Shown in pieces: positions 10,147 through 20,875 of a DNA stretch of 64,000 nucleotides. The notes under the pieces were generated by a model. That model did no database searches. It was not told where the DNA came from and saw only the letters and a list, made by a program, of their open reading frames with translations. Position 1 is the first letter of the stretch; the number at the start of each line of letters is the position of its first letter. A program made the position numbers and the translations under genes. The stretch is from Deltaproteobacteria bacterium (lineage in GTDB: Bacteria; Myxococcota; Kuafuiibacteriia; Kuafuiibacteriales; Kuafuiibacteriaceae), in contig JAVJQW010000055.1 of assembly GCA_040218735.1 (NCBI GenBank), positions 96,001 to 160,000 of the forward strand. Reading direction: 5' to 3'.

Positions 10147-11601
10147 TCAGCGCACCGCGTCGAAGCGCGCTGACCTGCGGTTCGCGCCGTCGGCCTGCAC
10201 GCGGTAGCCGAGGCCCTGACCGAGCGTCTGGACCAGGACGTCGCCGTCCGCGACCACGAGGGCCGGGTGCGAGGCCTCCGTCGCGCCCCCCGCCGCGCTG
10301 GTGGTCACCCAGAAGCGGCCCTGGCCGAGGCGACTGGCGTCGGTCCAGTGTTCGACGACGTCGTCGTGCGGTGAGCCGAGGTGCGCCGCGTTGATGCCCG
10401 CGACCACGTTGCGGCTGAGCCCGTCGTTCGGTGCGGACGCGTCGATGAACGCGGCGTTGGAGCTGGTGCGTCGTGCGTGGTGGTGCGCGTGCACGATGTC
10501 GACGCCGAGCGCGCCCGCGAAGGCCGGGAGCGCGCGCGACGCGACCGCCGATTCGACGTCCGGCTCCCCGGCGTCCCCGGAGCCGGTGAGATCGCCGCCG
10601 AACCAGTAGCGGAACGCGCCGTACGCGACGAGGCCGCCGAGGCTGCGCGCGTTCTCCTCGTTACTGTCGTCGTGCCCGAAGGCGGGGACGGCTTGGATCG
10701 TCGCGCCGTCGCTGGTGTGGCCGTCGACCACGGCGAAGGTGATGCGCGCGCCATCGAGGTCAATGAACGCGGGGAGGCCGTCGCCGTCGTCGTCCGTCGT
10801 GGCGAGATCTCCGGCGAACAGGCCTGGGCAGCCGACGGCGGGGTGCGGTCCGGAGGCGGCGTCGTAGGGGCAGGGCGCGGGCGTGGCGGCGACGCACAGC
10901 GGGCGGTCGAGCGGCGCGAGGTCGGTCGTGAGTCGATCGCAGAGGTCGTCGTAGTCGTTGGTGTTCATCGCGTCGCCGACGTCGACGAAGCCGCGGTGCA
11001 CGATCCCGTTGCGCACCTCGAGCGCGTCGGCGCCGGACATGAGATCCGCGAACGCGCCGACGTGGTCGCCGTGGACGTGGGTGAGGATCATCCACTCGAT
11101 CTGCAGTGCGTCGCGCGCCGCGAAGCCACGCGCCGGCGTGAGGAGCCGTGTGTTGAGATCGCGGACGACCGCGCGGACGTCGTCGTCGTGGTTCGAGTTG
11201 CCGACGTCGAGGAGCGCGATCGATCCCGCCGGCCCGACCAACACCGCGGCCTCGCCGAGGCGGACGGTGACGCCGGCGGGGAGATCGAGCTGCACGATCG
11301 TGAGCTCGCCGGGCACGGGGTCGAGGCGCTCGGTGGGCTCGGGGCCCGCGTCCGGTGCGCCGCCGTCCCGCGCCCCGGCGTCGCGCGCCCCGGCGTCGCG
11401 GTCGTTTTGTGCGCCGGCGTCGCGGTCGCCAGCGTCGCGCGACGCGCCGTCCGGCACGCCGGCGTCGCGCGGGCCGGCGTCCGCCGTCGCCCCGGTGTCT
11501 CGCATCCCGCCGTCCTCGCCGTCGCCGTTCGGAGGGTTCGGATCGTTCGAAGCACAGGCGAGAACACAGAGGAGCAGCGGGGCGGTGCGACGCACCCGCA
11601 T
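10147..11601 (-). CDS. MBL-fold (ComEC-like) metallo-hydrolase lipoprotein with DAG-repeat linker
   Basis: Lipobox VLAC; THVHGDH (HxHxDH), ENARS, FGGDLTG, HHH motifs; RDAG repeats. Confidence 0.75.
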   Translation of the reverse strand: MRVRRTAPLLLCVLACASNDPNPPNGDGEDGGMRDTGATADAGPRDAGVPDGASRDAGDRDAGAQNDRDAGARDAGARDGGAPDAGPEPTERLDPVPGELTIVQLDLPAGVTVRLGEAAVLVGPAGSIALLDVGNSNHDDDVRAVVRDLNTRLLTPARGFAARDALQIEWMILTHVHGDHVGAFADLMSGADALEVRNGIVHRGFVDVGDAMNTNDYDDLCDRLTTDLAPLDRPLCVAATPAPCPYDAASGPHPAVGCPGLFAGDLATTDDDGDGLPAFIDLDGARITFAVVDGHTSDGATIQAVPAFGHDDSNEENARSLGGLVAYGAFRYWFGGDLTGSGDAGEPDVESAVASRALPAFAGALGVDIVHAHHHARRTSSNAAFIDASAPNDGLSRNVVAGINAAHLGSPHDDVVEHWTDASRLGQGRFWVTTSAAGGATEASHPALVVADGDVLVQTLGQGLGYRVQADGANRRSARFDAVR

Positions 11602-11705
11602 ACGTTGGCAGGGCGCGCTGGCCACGTCGATCCGCCATCGACGTTCGGACCGCCCGAGCTCGAACCGCTTGATCGCCCGCGGTCGCACCCGTACACCTCG
11701 TCGAG

Positions 11706-12419
11706 ATGTTCTCGTTCCCGTCCTTCGCCGAGCGCTCCACCGCGCTGGAGCTGATGGACGACCCCGCGTTCCAGGGGCCCGAGCTCGAACAGACCCTCGC
11801 GGAGATCGAGCGCATCAACGACAACCTCGGCGGCTACCCGCCGAGCCTGCACGGCATCGAAGCGCTCCTCCCTCCGGGTACGAAGAAGTTCTCCGTGCTC
11901 GACGTCGGCTGCGGCGGCGCCGACTTCCCGATGAAGATCGCCGACTGGGCGTCCTCGCGCGGGCTCGAAGCCGAGATCGTCGGCATCGATCTCCAACCCA
12001 CCACGGTCGACTTCGCGTCGCGCCGCACCCGGGCCTACGACGGCATCCGCATCGAGCTCGCCAACCTCTTCGACCTCGAGCCGACCGCCCCCTACGACAT
12101 CGTGCACGCCGCGCAGGTGCTCCATCACTTCGTCGGCGACGAAGCCGAGCGCGCCCTCGCTCAGATGGCCCGGCTCGCGCGTTGGGGCGTCGTCGTCAAC
12201 GACCTCCACCGCCACCCCCTCGCGTGGGGCGGCATCACGGTGATCACCCGGGCGCTCGCCAAGAGTCGGCTCGTGAAGTACGACGCCCCCCTGTCGGTGC
12301 TCCGTGGTTTCTCGCGCGATGACTTCGTCGGGATGTGCGCGCGCGCCGGGCTGGCCACGCCGAAGGTGACGTGGCGGCCGCTGTTCCGGTGGCAGGTGGT
12401 GATCCCCACGCGGGGGTGA
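11706..12419 (+). CDS. Class I SAM-dependent methyltransferase
   Basis: ELMDD, VLDVGCGG, VLHHF, VVNDLHR, DAPLSVLRGF. Confidence 0.85.
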   Translation: MFSFPSFAERSTALELMDDPAFQGPELEQTLAEIERINDNLGGYPPSLHGIEALLPPGTKKFSVLDVGCGGADFPMKIADWASSRGLEAEIVGIDLQPTTVDFASRRTRAYDGIRIELANLFDLEPTAPYDIVHAAQVLHHFVGDEAERALAQMARLARWGVVVNDLHRHPLAWGGITVITRALAKSRLVKYDAPLSVLRGFSRDDFVGMCARAGLATPKVTWRPLFRWQVVIPTRG

Positions 12420-12455
12420 AGATCGGCCGCGGTGCCGGGAAGGAAGACCGAGAAC

Positions 12456-14735
12456 ATGCGCCTCACGCTCACGACCGCGCTCCTCCTGCTCACGTCCAAC
12501 GCGTGGGCCCAGACGACCATCCCCGTCGACTTCACGGTCAGCGGGCTGACGGGGCCCTCCGGCAGTGTGTCCTACTACGCCACGCCCACCGTGAGCTTCA
12601 CCGTGAACGACGCCAACGGCACGTTCACCGGCAACGTCGACTACCGCATCGAGCTGCAGGCGCCGTTCGGCGGCGGCGTCTGGGACGCCGGGACCGTGTT
12701 CCTCCAGAACGGCAGCGGCTTCTTCAACGCGATGCTGCCGTTCCCGGCCTTCGTCACGCCGGGCTCGTACAGCGTGCTCGTCACGGTCGACCCGAACAAC
12801 CTCTACATGGAGGTCCTGGAGAACAACAACGTCGCGTCCACCATGCCGTTCACCGTGCTCGGCTCGGACCTCGTCACCTCGAACCTCAACGCACCCTCGA
12901 CGCTGGTCATCGGAACGCCCACGACGATCGCGTGGCGTGTCGCGAACATCACCCCCGTCGAAGCGAACGACTTCGTGGTGCGCCTCGCGCTCACCGACGC
13001 GGCCGGCATGTTCACGGCGCTGTACGACTCCCCGCCGATAACGCTCGGGCCGAACCAGACGATGGACTTCTCGGAGTCGGTCACGGTGCCCGCCGGATTC
13101 ACGCCCGGGATTGCGACGGTCAGCGCCAACGCCGACATCACCTCCGTGGTCGTGGAGAACTCCGAGACCAACAACTCCGCGATCGCAAATGCGATGATCC
13201 GCGCGCGGCAACCGGACTTCACCATCGCGGTCGGCGACGTCCCGATGGCCGCGGAGCAGGGCCAGACGCTGGATCTCACGGTGTCCGTCGCGAACGAGGG
13301 TGAGATCGCCGGCACCAGCGACTACACCGTGTTCCTCTCGACGGACACGGTGATCACCCTCGCCGACCGCGCGCTCGGCGGCGGGACCGAGGCCGTGATG
13401 CCCGGGACGATCGTCGGCGCGCGCGCGGTCGTAACCGTCCCTTCCGACGTCACGCCGGGCACGTACTTCGTCGGCGCGATCGCGGACCCTGCCAACGCGG
13501 TCTTCGAGTCGAACGAGAGCAACAACGCGTTCTGGATCGGACCGATGGAGGTGTTTGCGTCGCCGCTGCAGATCCGAACGATGGGGCTGCCGCAGGGCGT
13601 GGTCGGTGTGGCCTATGCGGCGATGCTCGTCGCGGAGGGGAACGAAGGCCCGATGATGTGGAGCCTCGTCGAAGGGACGATGCCTCCCGGGCTGACGCTC
13701 CTTCCCAGCGGAGAGATCACCGGACGCCCGACGACGGCGGGTGGGTACGAGATTCGGGTGGAGGTCGCGGACGGCACGCGCTCCGCGAACGCCACGCTCG
13801 CGCTCCTCGTGACGGAGCGAAACCAGCCGTTGGCGATCCTCACGGGGACGATTCCGCCGGCCGTGGTCGGCGAGGCGTACGAAGCGCAGCTCGCCGCGGT
13901 CGGGGGCTCGCCGCCGTACTTCTGGCGGGTCGGCCTGTTGCCCGCGGGGCTCACGGCGGACACCGACGGGTTCATCGTGGGGACACCCAGCGAGGCGGGC
14001 AACTTCGACGTCCCGGTGAGCGTGGTCGACAACAACGGCATCGGCGTCGACGCGATCCTGCCGTTCTTCGTCGACTCCGCCGCGACCGGACCGCGACTGA
14101 TCCCCGCGGCGCTCCCCAACGGACTGCTCGGCGTCGACTACTGCGCGGGCGGGCCGGTGTTCATCCAGGCGCGCGAAGGTCGCCCGCCGTACGCGTTCAT
14201 GGCGGTCGGGGAGGGCGTCCCGGGGCTCGCGGTCGACGCGAGCGGCGCGATCTGCGGGATCCCGTCGGAGGCCGGCACCCACGGCGTCGTCGTGCAGGTC
14301 GTCGACGGCGCGGGCGGCGTCGACACCGAGCGCTACACGGTCGACGTCGACACGTCGCTCGTCATCGTCTCGAAGATCCTCCCCGACGCGCGCCGCGGTG
14401 CGCCCTACAGCCAGCCACTCCAGGCCATGGGGGGCGTCGAGCCGTATCGCTGGTTCATCGAGCAAGGCACCTTGCCGGACGGCCTCGCGCTCTCGGAGGG
14501 CGGCATCGTCAGCGGCACCCCGACGAAGGAGGGCCTCGCCTCGCTCACGCTCCGCCTCGAAGACGACGCGGGCGGGAGCACGATCGGCCCGCTCACCGTG
14601 CGCGTGGGGATGTCCGAAGGGCTGCTGGAGTCGGCGGACGAGGCGGGGTGCGGTTGCGCCGCGACGGGCGCGCCGAGAGGTGCGGGGCTCGGGTTCTTCG
14701 TGTTCGCTCTGCTGGCGTTGCGTCGGCGCCCCTGA
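12456..14735 (+). CDS. Surface protein with CARDB and putative Ig (He_PIG) domains and MYXO-CTERM tail
   Basis: Signal peptide; CARDB-like E.nE.NN repeats; repeated LP.G.VG..Y / G.I.GTP; C-terminal GCGC...LLALRRRP. Confidence 0.82.
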   Translation: MRLTLTTALLLLTSNAWAQTTIPVDFTVSGLTGPSGSVSYYATPTVSFTVNDANGTFTGNVDYRIELQAPFGGGVWDAGTVFLQNGSGFFNAMLPFPAFVTPGSYSVLVTVDPNNLYMEVLENNNVASTMPFTVLGSDLVTSNLNAPSTLVIGTPTTIAWRVANITPVEANDFVVRLALTDAAGMFTALYDSPPITLGPNQTMDFSESVTVPAGFTPGIATVSANADITSVVVENSETNNSAIANAMIRARQPDFTIAVGDVPMAAEQGQTLDLTVSVANEGEIAGTSDYTVFLSTDTVITLADRALGGGTEAVMPGTIVGARAVVTVPSDVTPGTYFVGAIADPANAVFESNESNNAFWIGPMEVFASPLQIRTMGLPQGVVGVAYAAMLVAEGNEGPMMWSLVEGTMPPGLTLLPSGEITGRPTTAGGYEIRVEVADGTRSANATLALLVTERNQPLAILTGTIPPAVVGEAYEAQLAAVGGSPPYFWRVGLLPAGLTADTDGFIVGTPSEAGNFDVPVSVVDNNGIGVDAILPFFVDSAATGPRLIPAALPNGLLGVDYCAGGPVFIQAREGRPPYAFMAVGEGVPGLAVDASGAICGIPSEAGTHGVVVQVVDGAGGVDTERYTVDVDTSLVIVSKILPDARRGAPYSQPLQAMGGVEPYRWFIEQGTLPDGLALSEGGIVSGTPTKEGLASLTLRLEDDAGGSTIGPLTVRVGMSEGLLESADEAGCGCAATGAPRGAGLGFFVFALLALRRRP

Positions 14736-14759
14736 CCGAGCCCGCCTACCTCTCGAACC

Positions 14760-17700
14760 TCACTCCACGACCACCCGGTCCGTGCCGGAGCGCCCGAACG
14801 TCTCGGGGAAGTACATCTCCTCCGCCTTCGTCGGCGGCACGACGAAGCGCCCCGGCGTCGTCGCGCGCGCGACGTAGCTGTACGCGTGCTCCCCGGGCCA
14901 CAGCGTGGTGGAGAACGCCTCGGCCCGCTCGTCGCGGAGGTTGTCGTGCACATACCAGGTGCGGCGCCACCAGAACCACGGGCTCTCGTACTCGGGGCTG
15001 TCCGGCGGGACGGACCCGGAGCCGGCGAGCGCAGCGTTGATGGGTTCGAGGCCCGCGGGGAGAGGATCGACGAGCGCGACGTGGTAGCGGCGCCCCGTGT
15101 TGATCATCGTGAGTTTGACCCGAACGCGAGCGCCGGCGACGAAGCGCCAGGTGCCGTCCTCGTCCCGCTTCACGTCGTTGGGATCGTCCACACCCTCGTA
15201 AGTACGCTTCACCTCGAACCCATAACTCGCCGGTTCGAGCATGAGATCGTTCGGCGCGTACTTCAGACCGATGCGGTAGTAGAGCCGCCCCTGACCGTCC
15301 TTCTGCAGGAGCAGATCCTGCTTCGGCTGGTCGACGAGGTAGGCCATCGGAATGTCGATGAGGTGCTGGTCCGTGGTGCGCCCCTCGAACGTGCGGTCCC
15401 CCGCGTACTGATCGCCGAGCCACACCCGCGCCACGAAGTTCGGCGTGAGTTTTTCGTACTGGCGGAAGTAACGGTCGAGCGCGACGAGCACCCACGAGCT
15501 CTCCTGAGTGTTCGCCCAGCGCCCCCTCGTGCGGTGCGCGAGGAGCCCACGCACGAGCTTCGGGATAAGGGTGTTCTTGGGTTGGTCGCGCATGAGCCCC
15601 TCGAGGATCAGCGCGTCCACGCGGCGTGCGGAGTGGAGCAGCACGTGACCGCCGTCCTCGTAGGAGGTCGCGAAGTGCGCGGTGGCCGCGGTCTCGGTCG
15701 CGCGGTTGTCGAAGAGGCGACGCAGTTGCGCGAGCTCGGCGCGCAACTCACCCGCTTCGACGGCCACCGGGTAGAGCCAGCCCGCCGCTTCGAGGGGGAG
15801 CTTCGAGACCCCGCCCGCGGAGCGGATGAGTTTCTTCGCGCGTGCGCCGTCGATCTCACCCATCATCGCGCGCACGTAGAGCGCGAAGGCGACGAGTGTG
15901 GTGCGCACGCCCGGCCCGTAGGTTCGGTCGATGTGTTTGTCGATGTCCCGTAGGTATTGGCGCCCACGGTTCATGACCGTCTTCGGTACTTCGAAGTTCT
16001 TGGCCTGGGCGCGGACGAGCGCGTGCATCACGTGAATCGTCAGGAACGGCCGGCTCGGTCGGCCGCGGCGCCACCAGCCCCACCCGCCGTCCGAGTTCTG
16101 AAGTTGCGCGAGTTTCTTGATGTCACGGCCGACGGCGGCGACGAGCTGGTCCTTCGGCGGCATGCCCTCCGCCTTGAACGCCTCCAGCACGTCCTTCAGC
16201 GCGGCGGTGGTGATCACCCGCGACGAAACCTGCTCGGCGCACCCGTACGGGTAGTCGAGGATGTAGATGTACGCGTCGGTCAGCGCCTGAAGCTGCGTCG
16301 ACGCGGTGGTGATCTCCAACCCACCGAACGACTTCGCGACGTCGGCCGGCGGGACCACCGGCTGCACGATCGCGCCCTTGTCGATCTCACCGTAGGTCGC
16401 GAACGCCTCGGTCGTCGCCGGCGTCCACACCGGTAGGTCGACCTCGGCCGCGTCCGCGTATTGATTCGCCGCCGCCGCGAACTGGAAGCGCGCGCGCCCG
16501 GGGGCGTCGGTCGAGCTCGGGAAGCGGACCTCCACGCGATCCTCCTTCGGGATCTCGACCGCGTAGCCGACGGCGTCGACGTTGGCGTTCGTCGCGCGCA
16601 CCACGACCTGCGCGGAGAGCGGCGCGCCGGTGCGGTTCTCGAGGACGACCGGGAGCTCGAACGTGTCTCCGTAGTTGAGGAACCGCGGCGCCGAAGGCCG
16701 CACCATCAGCGCACGTCGCGCCGTGATGTTCGCCTCCGCGACGCCGAAGTGGTTGTCGCCGTGCGCCGCCACCGCGATCACGCGGTACCGCGTGAGGTTG
16801 TCGGGGAAATCGAACTCGACCTCGGCGCGCCCGCGCGCGTCCGTCGTCACGCTGGGCCGGAACACCGCGAGCGCCGAGAAGTCCTTGCGCACCGCGATCG
16901 GCGGCGCCGCACCGCCGCCGCCGACGCCGCCGCCGGGGGCCATCTCCGCCGCTGCCTTCATCGCGGGCGCCGGTGCGCGTTTGCGACGCGCGCTCCGGTT
17001 CATCAGGGCGCCCGAGGACTCCATGTCGCCGAGGCCGGCTTCGTCCTCCTCGGGCGCGAACGCGGTCTGCGCCACCTCCTCCGGATCCGCGAGGTAGACG
17101 AACTGTCGCGACCGCATCACGCGCACGCCGTTGCTCCGGTGCGGGTAGATCGACAGCGGGTCGGGCGTCGCGTAGCTCGTCAGCGCGAGCACCGCTTCGT
17201 CGACCACGTAGAATGCGATCTCCGCCCCGGCCGCCGCCGCACCGTCCGCGGTCTTCACGGTCATCGCCACGCGACTCTTCGCGCCCGGCTCCACCTCGTA
17301 GGCGTCGGGCTCCAGATCGATCGCGAGGGTGCGGGTCGCCGGCGGGACCTCGATGTTCATGGTGCCGGCGGCGTACGCGGGTCGCGGCGGGAGGGTGTCG
17401 TCGACCTTGCCTTCCCCGTTCCGCCGCTTCTGCCGACCGACGAGGATGACCCGCAGATGCACGTTGGGCGTGAAGCGATCCTCGACTTCGATCTCGAGCA
17501 CCTGCGACGTCCCCTTCATCGTGAAGCGCCCGGTCTTCACCACCCCCTCGCGTTCGAGCGACCACAGCCCCTCGGCGTCCGCGAAGGGCGCCTGCACCAG
17601 CACCTCGGCGACGTCCCCCGTCGCGTAGGTCTTCTTGTTCGGGATGAGCTGCACCGTCTCTTCGCTGATGTTTCGGCTCGTCGGGACGTTGTCACCGCCC

Positions 17701-20700
17701 GACACCCACAGCGTCATCGACGACTCGTTCGGCCGCCCGCGGTCGTCCTTGGTGCGGGCGAGGACCGCGTACGGCCCGCCCTTCTTCGTCGTGAACGTGC
17801 AGGTCTGCTCGGCCTTGGTGACCGCGCACTTCTGCGGCTCGGCGTCGGCTTCGTTACTGAACGTGAACGTGAGCTCGGCGTCCGTCGGTGTCGCGAGGGC
17901 GCCGTCGAGCCCGACGTGGACGACGTCGATCTCGACGTCCTGACCCGCCTCCACGAAGTATCGCTCCGTCTTCAGCCCGATGTAGCGCTCCGACGGGTGA
18001 ACGAGGAACGACCCGGAGGCCGACCAGGTCTGACGGTTCACGTCCGAGACGGACGCCTCCGCCGAGACCACCGTCGGCCGCGGCGGCTCCACACCCTGAA
18101 GGTCGATGCGGAGGTGGTGCTCGCCGGATCCGTCGGTGGTCGCGGCGAAGCTCTTCGTGCTGGCCGGCCGGTGGCCGCGCCCGTGCCGTCCCCACCACCA
18201 CCAAGGTGACCACGTCCCAAAGACGAAGTCGGAGCGGTTGGGCGGGGTGTAGCTGCCCTCGTGCGAGCGAACTACCCATCGCACGTCCGCCGCCGCGAGC
18301 GGCCCCCCGGTGTAATAGGTCGCCTTGGACGAGAAGACGCCGTACTGACCGACGAGGTGCGGCCCCTCCGTGGTCGTCACGCCGACTTCGAACTCAGGCT
18401 TCCGGAACTCTTGAATCGAGAACGAGTGCGAGCCGCTGTACCCGGACTTCGAGCTCACGCCCGGCGCCGAGAATTGCGCGTAGGCGCGCCCGAGGTTCAC
18501 GTCGTCCGGCACCTTGAAGTCGAAGGCGAACCCACCGAGCTTCGACAGCTTCGTCTCACCCTTCGCGAACTCATTTCCGCGCGCGTCGCGCACCTTGTAG
18601 ACGAGGCGCCCTTCGTGCGCACCGAGCGATGCGACGTCGCCGTCCGGGCCTCGCGTCGTGCGGCGGAGGAAGCCCTTGATGTGCACGTCCTCCTTCGGCT
18701 TGTAGAGGCCGCGGTCGTCGAAGACGAAGTAACGGTAGCCGTCCGACTGCTCGTGCTGGATCCAGCTGCTGCCGCTCGAGCTCCAGTGGTTCTCGGGGAG
18801 GAGCGCGACGTCGTCGCCGCGCTTCGCAATCAAGAGCGCCGAGCGGTCGGGGCTCTTCGGCGGGAGGGCGAGCGTCGCGTAACCCTGTGCGTCAGCGGTG
18901 GCGGTCATCGGCGTGTTGGGCAGGACGGAGAGCTCCGCGGCGACGCCCGCGCCGTCGCTCAGCCGGGTGGCGAAGGTGTGCAGATCGGCGTGGTCGATCA
19001 GCGCGTCGAGGCCGATGTTCGTGACCTGCACCCAGCGGATCGCGCCGGGCCAGTACCACGAACGCTTCGGGTCGGGCTTGAAGCCGGCCGGTTGCACCCG
19101 GATGACGAGCTGTCCGTAGAAGTCGGTGAGCGCCGACGTGATATCGACCTTCGTCTCGACGAGTGTGTCTTGTCCGTCGGGTGCGTCGACGACGCCCGAG
19201 AAGACCTTCTTACCCGGCATGCGCGGAGCGTTCTTCTCGCGGTGGCGACGTTTGTAGTCGAGCCAGGCGTACCAGTCCTTCGGCTCGACCTTGTGGATGA
19301 GTACGTCGAGTTTGTCGTAATTGATCGTGTAGACCGACAAACTCGGTTTCTTCGTGCGCTCGAGCACCATGAAGTCACCGCCCGGAATGGTGAGCTGTGG
19401 CGCGGCGGGTCCGACGGCGATCTTGGTGTCGATCGCCTTGACCAGCTTCTGCCCGTAGACGTCCTCGAGCTCGGTACCGACGCGGAGGCGGTACGTCGTG
19501 CGCCCGACCGTCTTGCCCTGGATGTGAATCGAGCCGCCGCCGCTCGTGACCTTCACGTCCTCGATCGGCGGGTCGATTTTCACCATCTTCGCGTCGAAGT
19601 TCCCCATCGAGTTCGTCAGCTCGAGGGTGAAGGGCGCGCCGGGGTAACACGTCCCGCCCCACGCGCAGCGCGCGCGTCGGAACTCGAACGGACCGTACGT
19701 CTTGAACCGGTAGGTCTGGGTCTTGGTGGTCTTACGCGGGCCCTCCGCGGAAGGGAGTCCCTTCTCGAACACGACTTCGACGCTGGTCGCCTTCGGGAGC
19801 GGGCGCTGCACGACGAAAGCGATCGCGCGCTCCTCCTCCTGCGCGAGGCGCGCGGTGTAGCCGGCCGCCTCGATCTCCGCGGCCGTCGCGATGCGCGTCG
19901 CGACCCGCTTGCGGCCGGCCTTCACGGTGACCCGCGCGAGGACCGCCTTGGCGTCGACGCGCTGGTCGAACGTCGCGTACATCAGCGGCGTCAGGTTCGT
20001 GGTTCCGCCCGGCGAGAACGACTTCACCTGCGGGGGTGGCGTTCGGAACGTGTACTTCTCGGGCTCCTGCAGCGGTCCGCCGGTCTGGGACTTCAGCCCG
20101 GCGGGGATCGCGACCGTGAACGCGGTCGCCATCGGGAAGCGTGGCTTCGGCTCGAACAGCAGCGTGCGCGTGCCCGCCCAGCGCCACTGCCCCTCGACCT
20201 TCGGAGACAGGTTGGCCGGGAGGGCCTCCGCGAGCACCTGGTCGACGCTCGAAACCGGGACCATCGGCTGGGAGAACGTGATCGACAGGTGCGGCGCGAG
20301 CGGCACGTCGCCCTGCGGTTGCATCCGCTCGATCTTCAGCGGCTCGACCTGCGGCGCGGGTGGCTTCGGCCGGCTCACCTCGGGAGGGAACTTACCGAGC
20401 GTCGTCGCTCCGGCGAGCGGGAGCTTGCGCGTCGATGCGCGCATCGCGAAGTCGGCGCGGTCGGACGCCTTCGCGTCGATCGGCGGGAGGCGTGCGAGGA
20501 GGGGTTCAACCTCCGCCTTCGACAGCGCCCGAACCTCGGTCTTCTTCGCCGGCGGCGCGGCGGACTCCACGGGCGGCGGTTGCCCGTCGGTGAGCTCGAA
20601 GAGGAGCCCGCTCCCGCTCGGCTTGTCGGCGCCGGTCTTCAGCGTGATGTCACGGCTCGCGTGAATCTCGGTGGGCGGCGGCGCGCTCTTGGGCGGCGCC

Positions 20701-20792
20701 TTCGCCGGGGGCGGCGCCGGACTCTTGCCGGAGCGATCCGCAGAGCAGGCGAGCGCGAACAGAGCGAGCACGATCGAGGTACGCCGAAGCAT
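14760..20792 (-). CDS. Alpha-2-macroglobulin family lipoprotein
   Basis: Lipobox ALAC; DRGLYKP, QEFRKPEFEV, PDNLTRYR, thioester YPYGCAEQ, DPLPAGLE, AEEMYFPE. Confidence 0.93.
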   Translation of the reverse strand: MLRRTSIVLALFALACSADRSGKSPAPPPAKAPPKSAPPPTEIHASRDITLKTGADKPSGSGLLFELTDGQPPPVESAAPPAKKTEVRALSKAEVEPLLARLPPIDAKASDRADFAMRASTRKLPLAGATTLGKFPPEVSRPKPPAPQVEPLKIERMQPQGDVPLAPHLSITFSQPMVPVSSVDQVLAEALPANLSPKVEGQWRWAGTRTLLFEPKPRFPMATAFTVAIPAGLKSQTGGPLQEPEKYTFRTPPPQVKSFSPGGTTNLTPLMYATFDQRVDAKAVLARVTVKAGRKRVATRIATAAEIEAAGYTARLAQEEERAIAFVVQRPLPKATSVEVVFEKGLPSAEGPRKTTKTQTYRFKTYGPFEFRRARCAWGGTCYPGAPFTLELTNSMGNFDAKMVKIDPPIEDVKVTSGGGSIHIQGKTVGRTTYRLRVGTELEDVYGQKLVKAIDTKIAVGPAAPQLTIPGGDFMVLERTKKPSLSVYTINYDKLDVLIHKVEPKDWYAWLDYKRRHREKNAPRMPGKKVFSGVVDAPDGQDTLVETKVDITSALTDFYGQLVIRVQPAGFKPDPKRSWYWPGAIRWVQVTNIGLDALIDHADLHTFATRLSDGAGVAAELSVLPNTPMTATADAQGYATLALPPKSPDRSALLIAKRGDDVALLPENHWSSSGSSWIQHEQSDGYRYFVFDDRGLYKPKEDVHIKGFLRRTTRGPDGDVASLGAHEGRLVYKVRDARGNEFAKGETKLSKLGGFAFDFKVPDDVNLGRAYAQFSAPGVSSKSGYSGSHSFSIQEFRKPEFEVGVTTTEGPHLVGQYGVFSSKATYYTGGPLAAADVRWVVRSHEGSYTPPNRSDFVFGTWSPWWWWGRHGRGHRPASTKSFAATTDGSGEHHLRIDLQGVEPPRPTVVSAEASVSDVNRQTWSASGSFLVHPSERYIGLKTERYFVEAGQDVEIDVVHVGLDGALATPTDAELTFTFSNEADAEPQKCAVTKAEQTCTFTTKKGGPYAVLARTKDDRGRPNESSMTLWVSGGDNVPTSRNISEETVQLIPNKKTYATGDVAEVLVQAPFADAEGLWSLEREGVVKTGRFTMKGTSQVLEIEVEDRFTPNVHLRVILVGRQKRRNGEGKVDDTLPPRPAYAAGTMNIEVPPATRTLAIDLEPDAYEVEPGAKSRVAMTVKTADGAAAAGAEIAFYVVDEAVLALTSYATPDPLSIYPHRSNGVRVMRSRQFVYLADPEEVAQTAFAPEEDEAGLGDMESSGALMNRSARRKRAPAPAMKAAAEMAPGGGVGGGGAAPPIAVRKDFSALAVFRPSVTTDARGRAEVEFDFPDNLTRYRVIAVAAHGDNHFGVAEANITARRALMVRPSAPRFLNYGDTFELPVVLENRTGAPLSAQVVVRATNANVDAVGYAVEIPKEDRVEVRFPSSTDAPGRARFQFAAAANQYADAAEVDLPVWTPATTEAFATYGEIDKGAIVQPVVPPADVAKSFGGLEITTASTQLQALTDAYIYILDYPYGCAEQVSSRVITTAALKDVLEAFKAEGMPPKDQLVAAVGRDIKKLAQLQNSDGGWGWWRRGRPSRPFLTIHVMHALVRAQAKNFEVPKTVMNRGRQYLRDIDKHIDRTYGPGVRTTLVAFALYVRAMMGEIDGARAKKLIRSAGGVSKLPLEAAGWLYPVAVEAGELRAELAQLRRLFDNRATETAATAHFATSYEDGGHVLLHSARRVDALILEGLMRDQPKNTLIPKLVRGLLAHRTRGRWANTQESSWVLVALDRYFRQYEKLTPNFVARVWLGDQYAGDRTFEGRTTDQHLIDIPMAYLVDQPKQDLLLQKDGQGRLYYRIGLKYAPNDLMLEPASYGFEVKRTYEGVDDPNDVKRDEDGTWRFVAGARVRVKLTMINTGRRYHVALVDPLPAGLEPINAALAGSGSVPPDSPEYESPWFWWRRTWYVHDNLRDERAEAFSTTLWPGEHAYSYVARATTPGRFVVPPTKAEEMYFPETFGRSGTDRVVVE

Positions 20793-20875
20793 GACGGCTG
20801 CTTAACACGGGCTCGGGTCGGGGGCGCGCCGCGCCGAGTGATCTCTCGGCGGTTCTGTGTCAGGAAGGGCGGACG

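Noticed and set aside
11345-11500. 15-nt tandem repeats
   Set aside because: They encode the RDAG low-complexity lipoprotein linker; there are no spacers, so this is not CRISPR or a mobile repeat.
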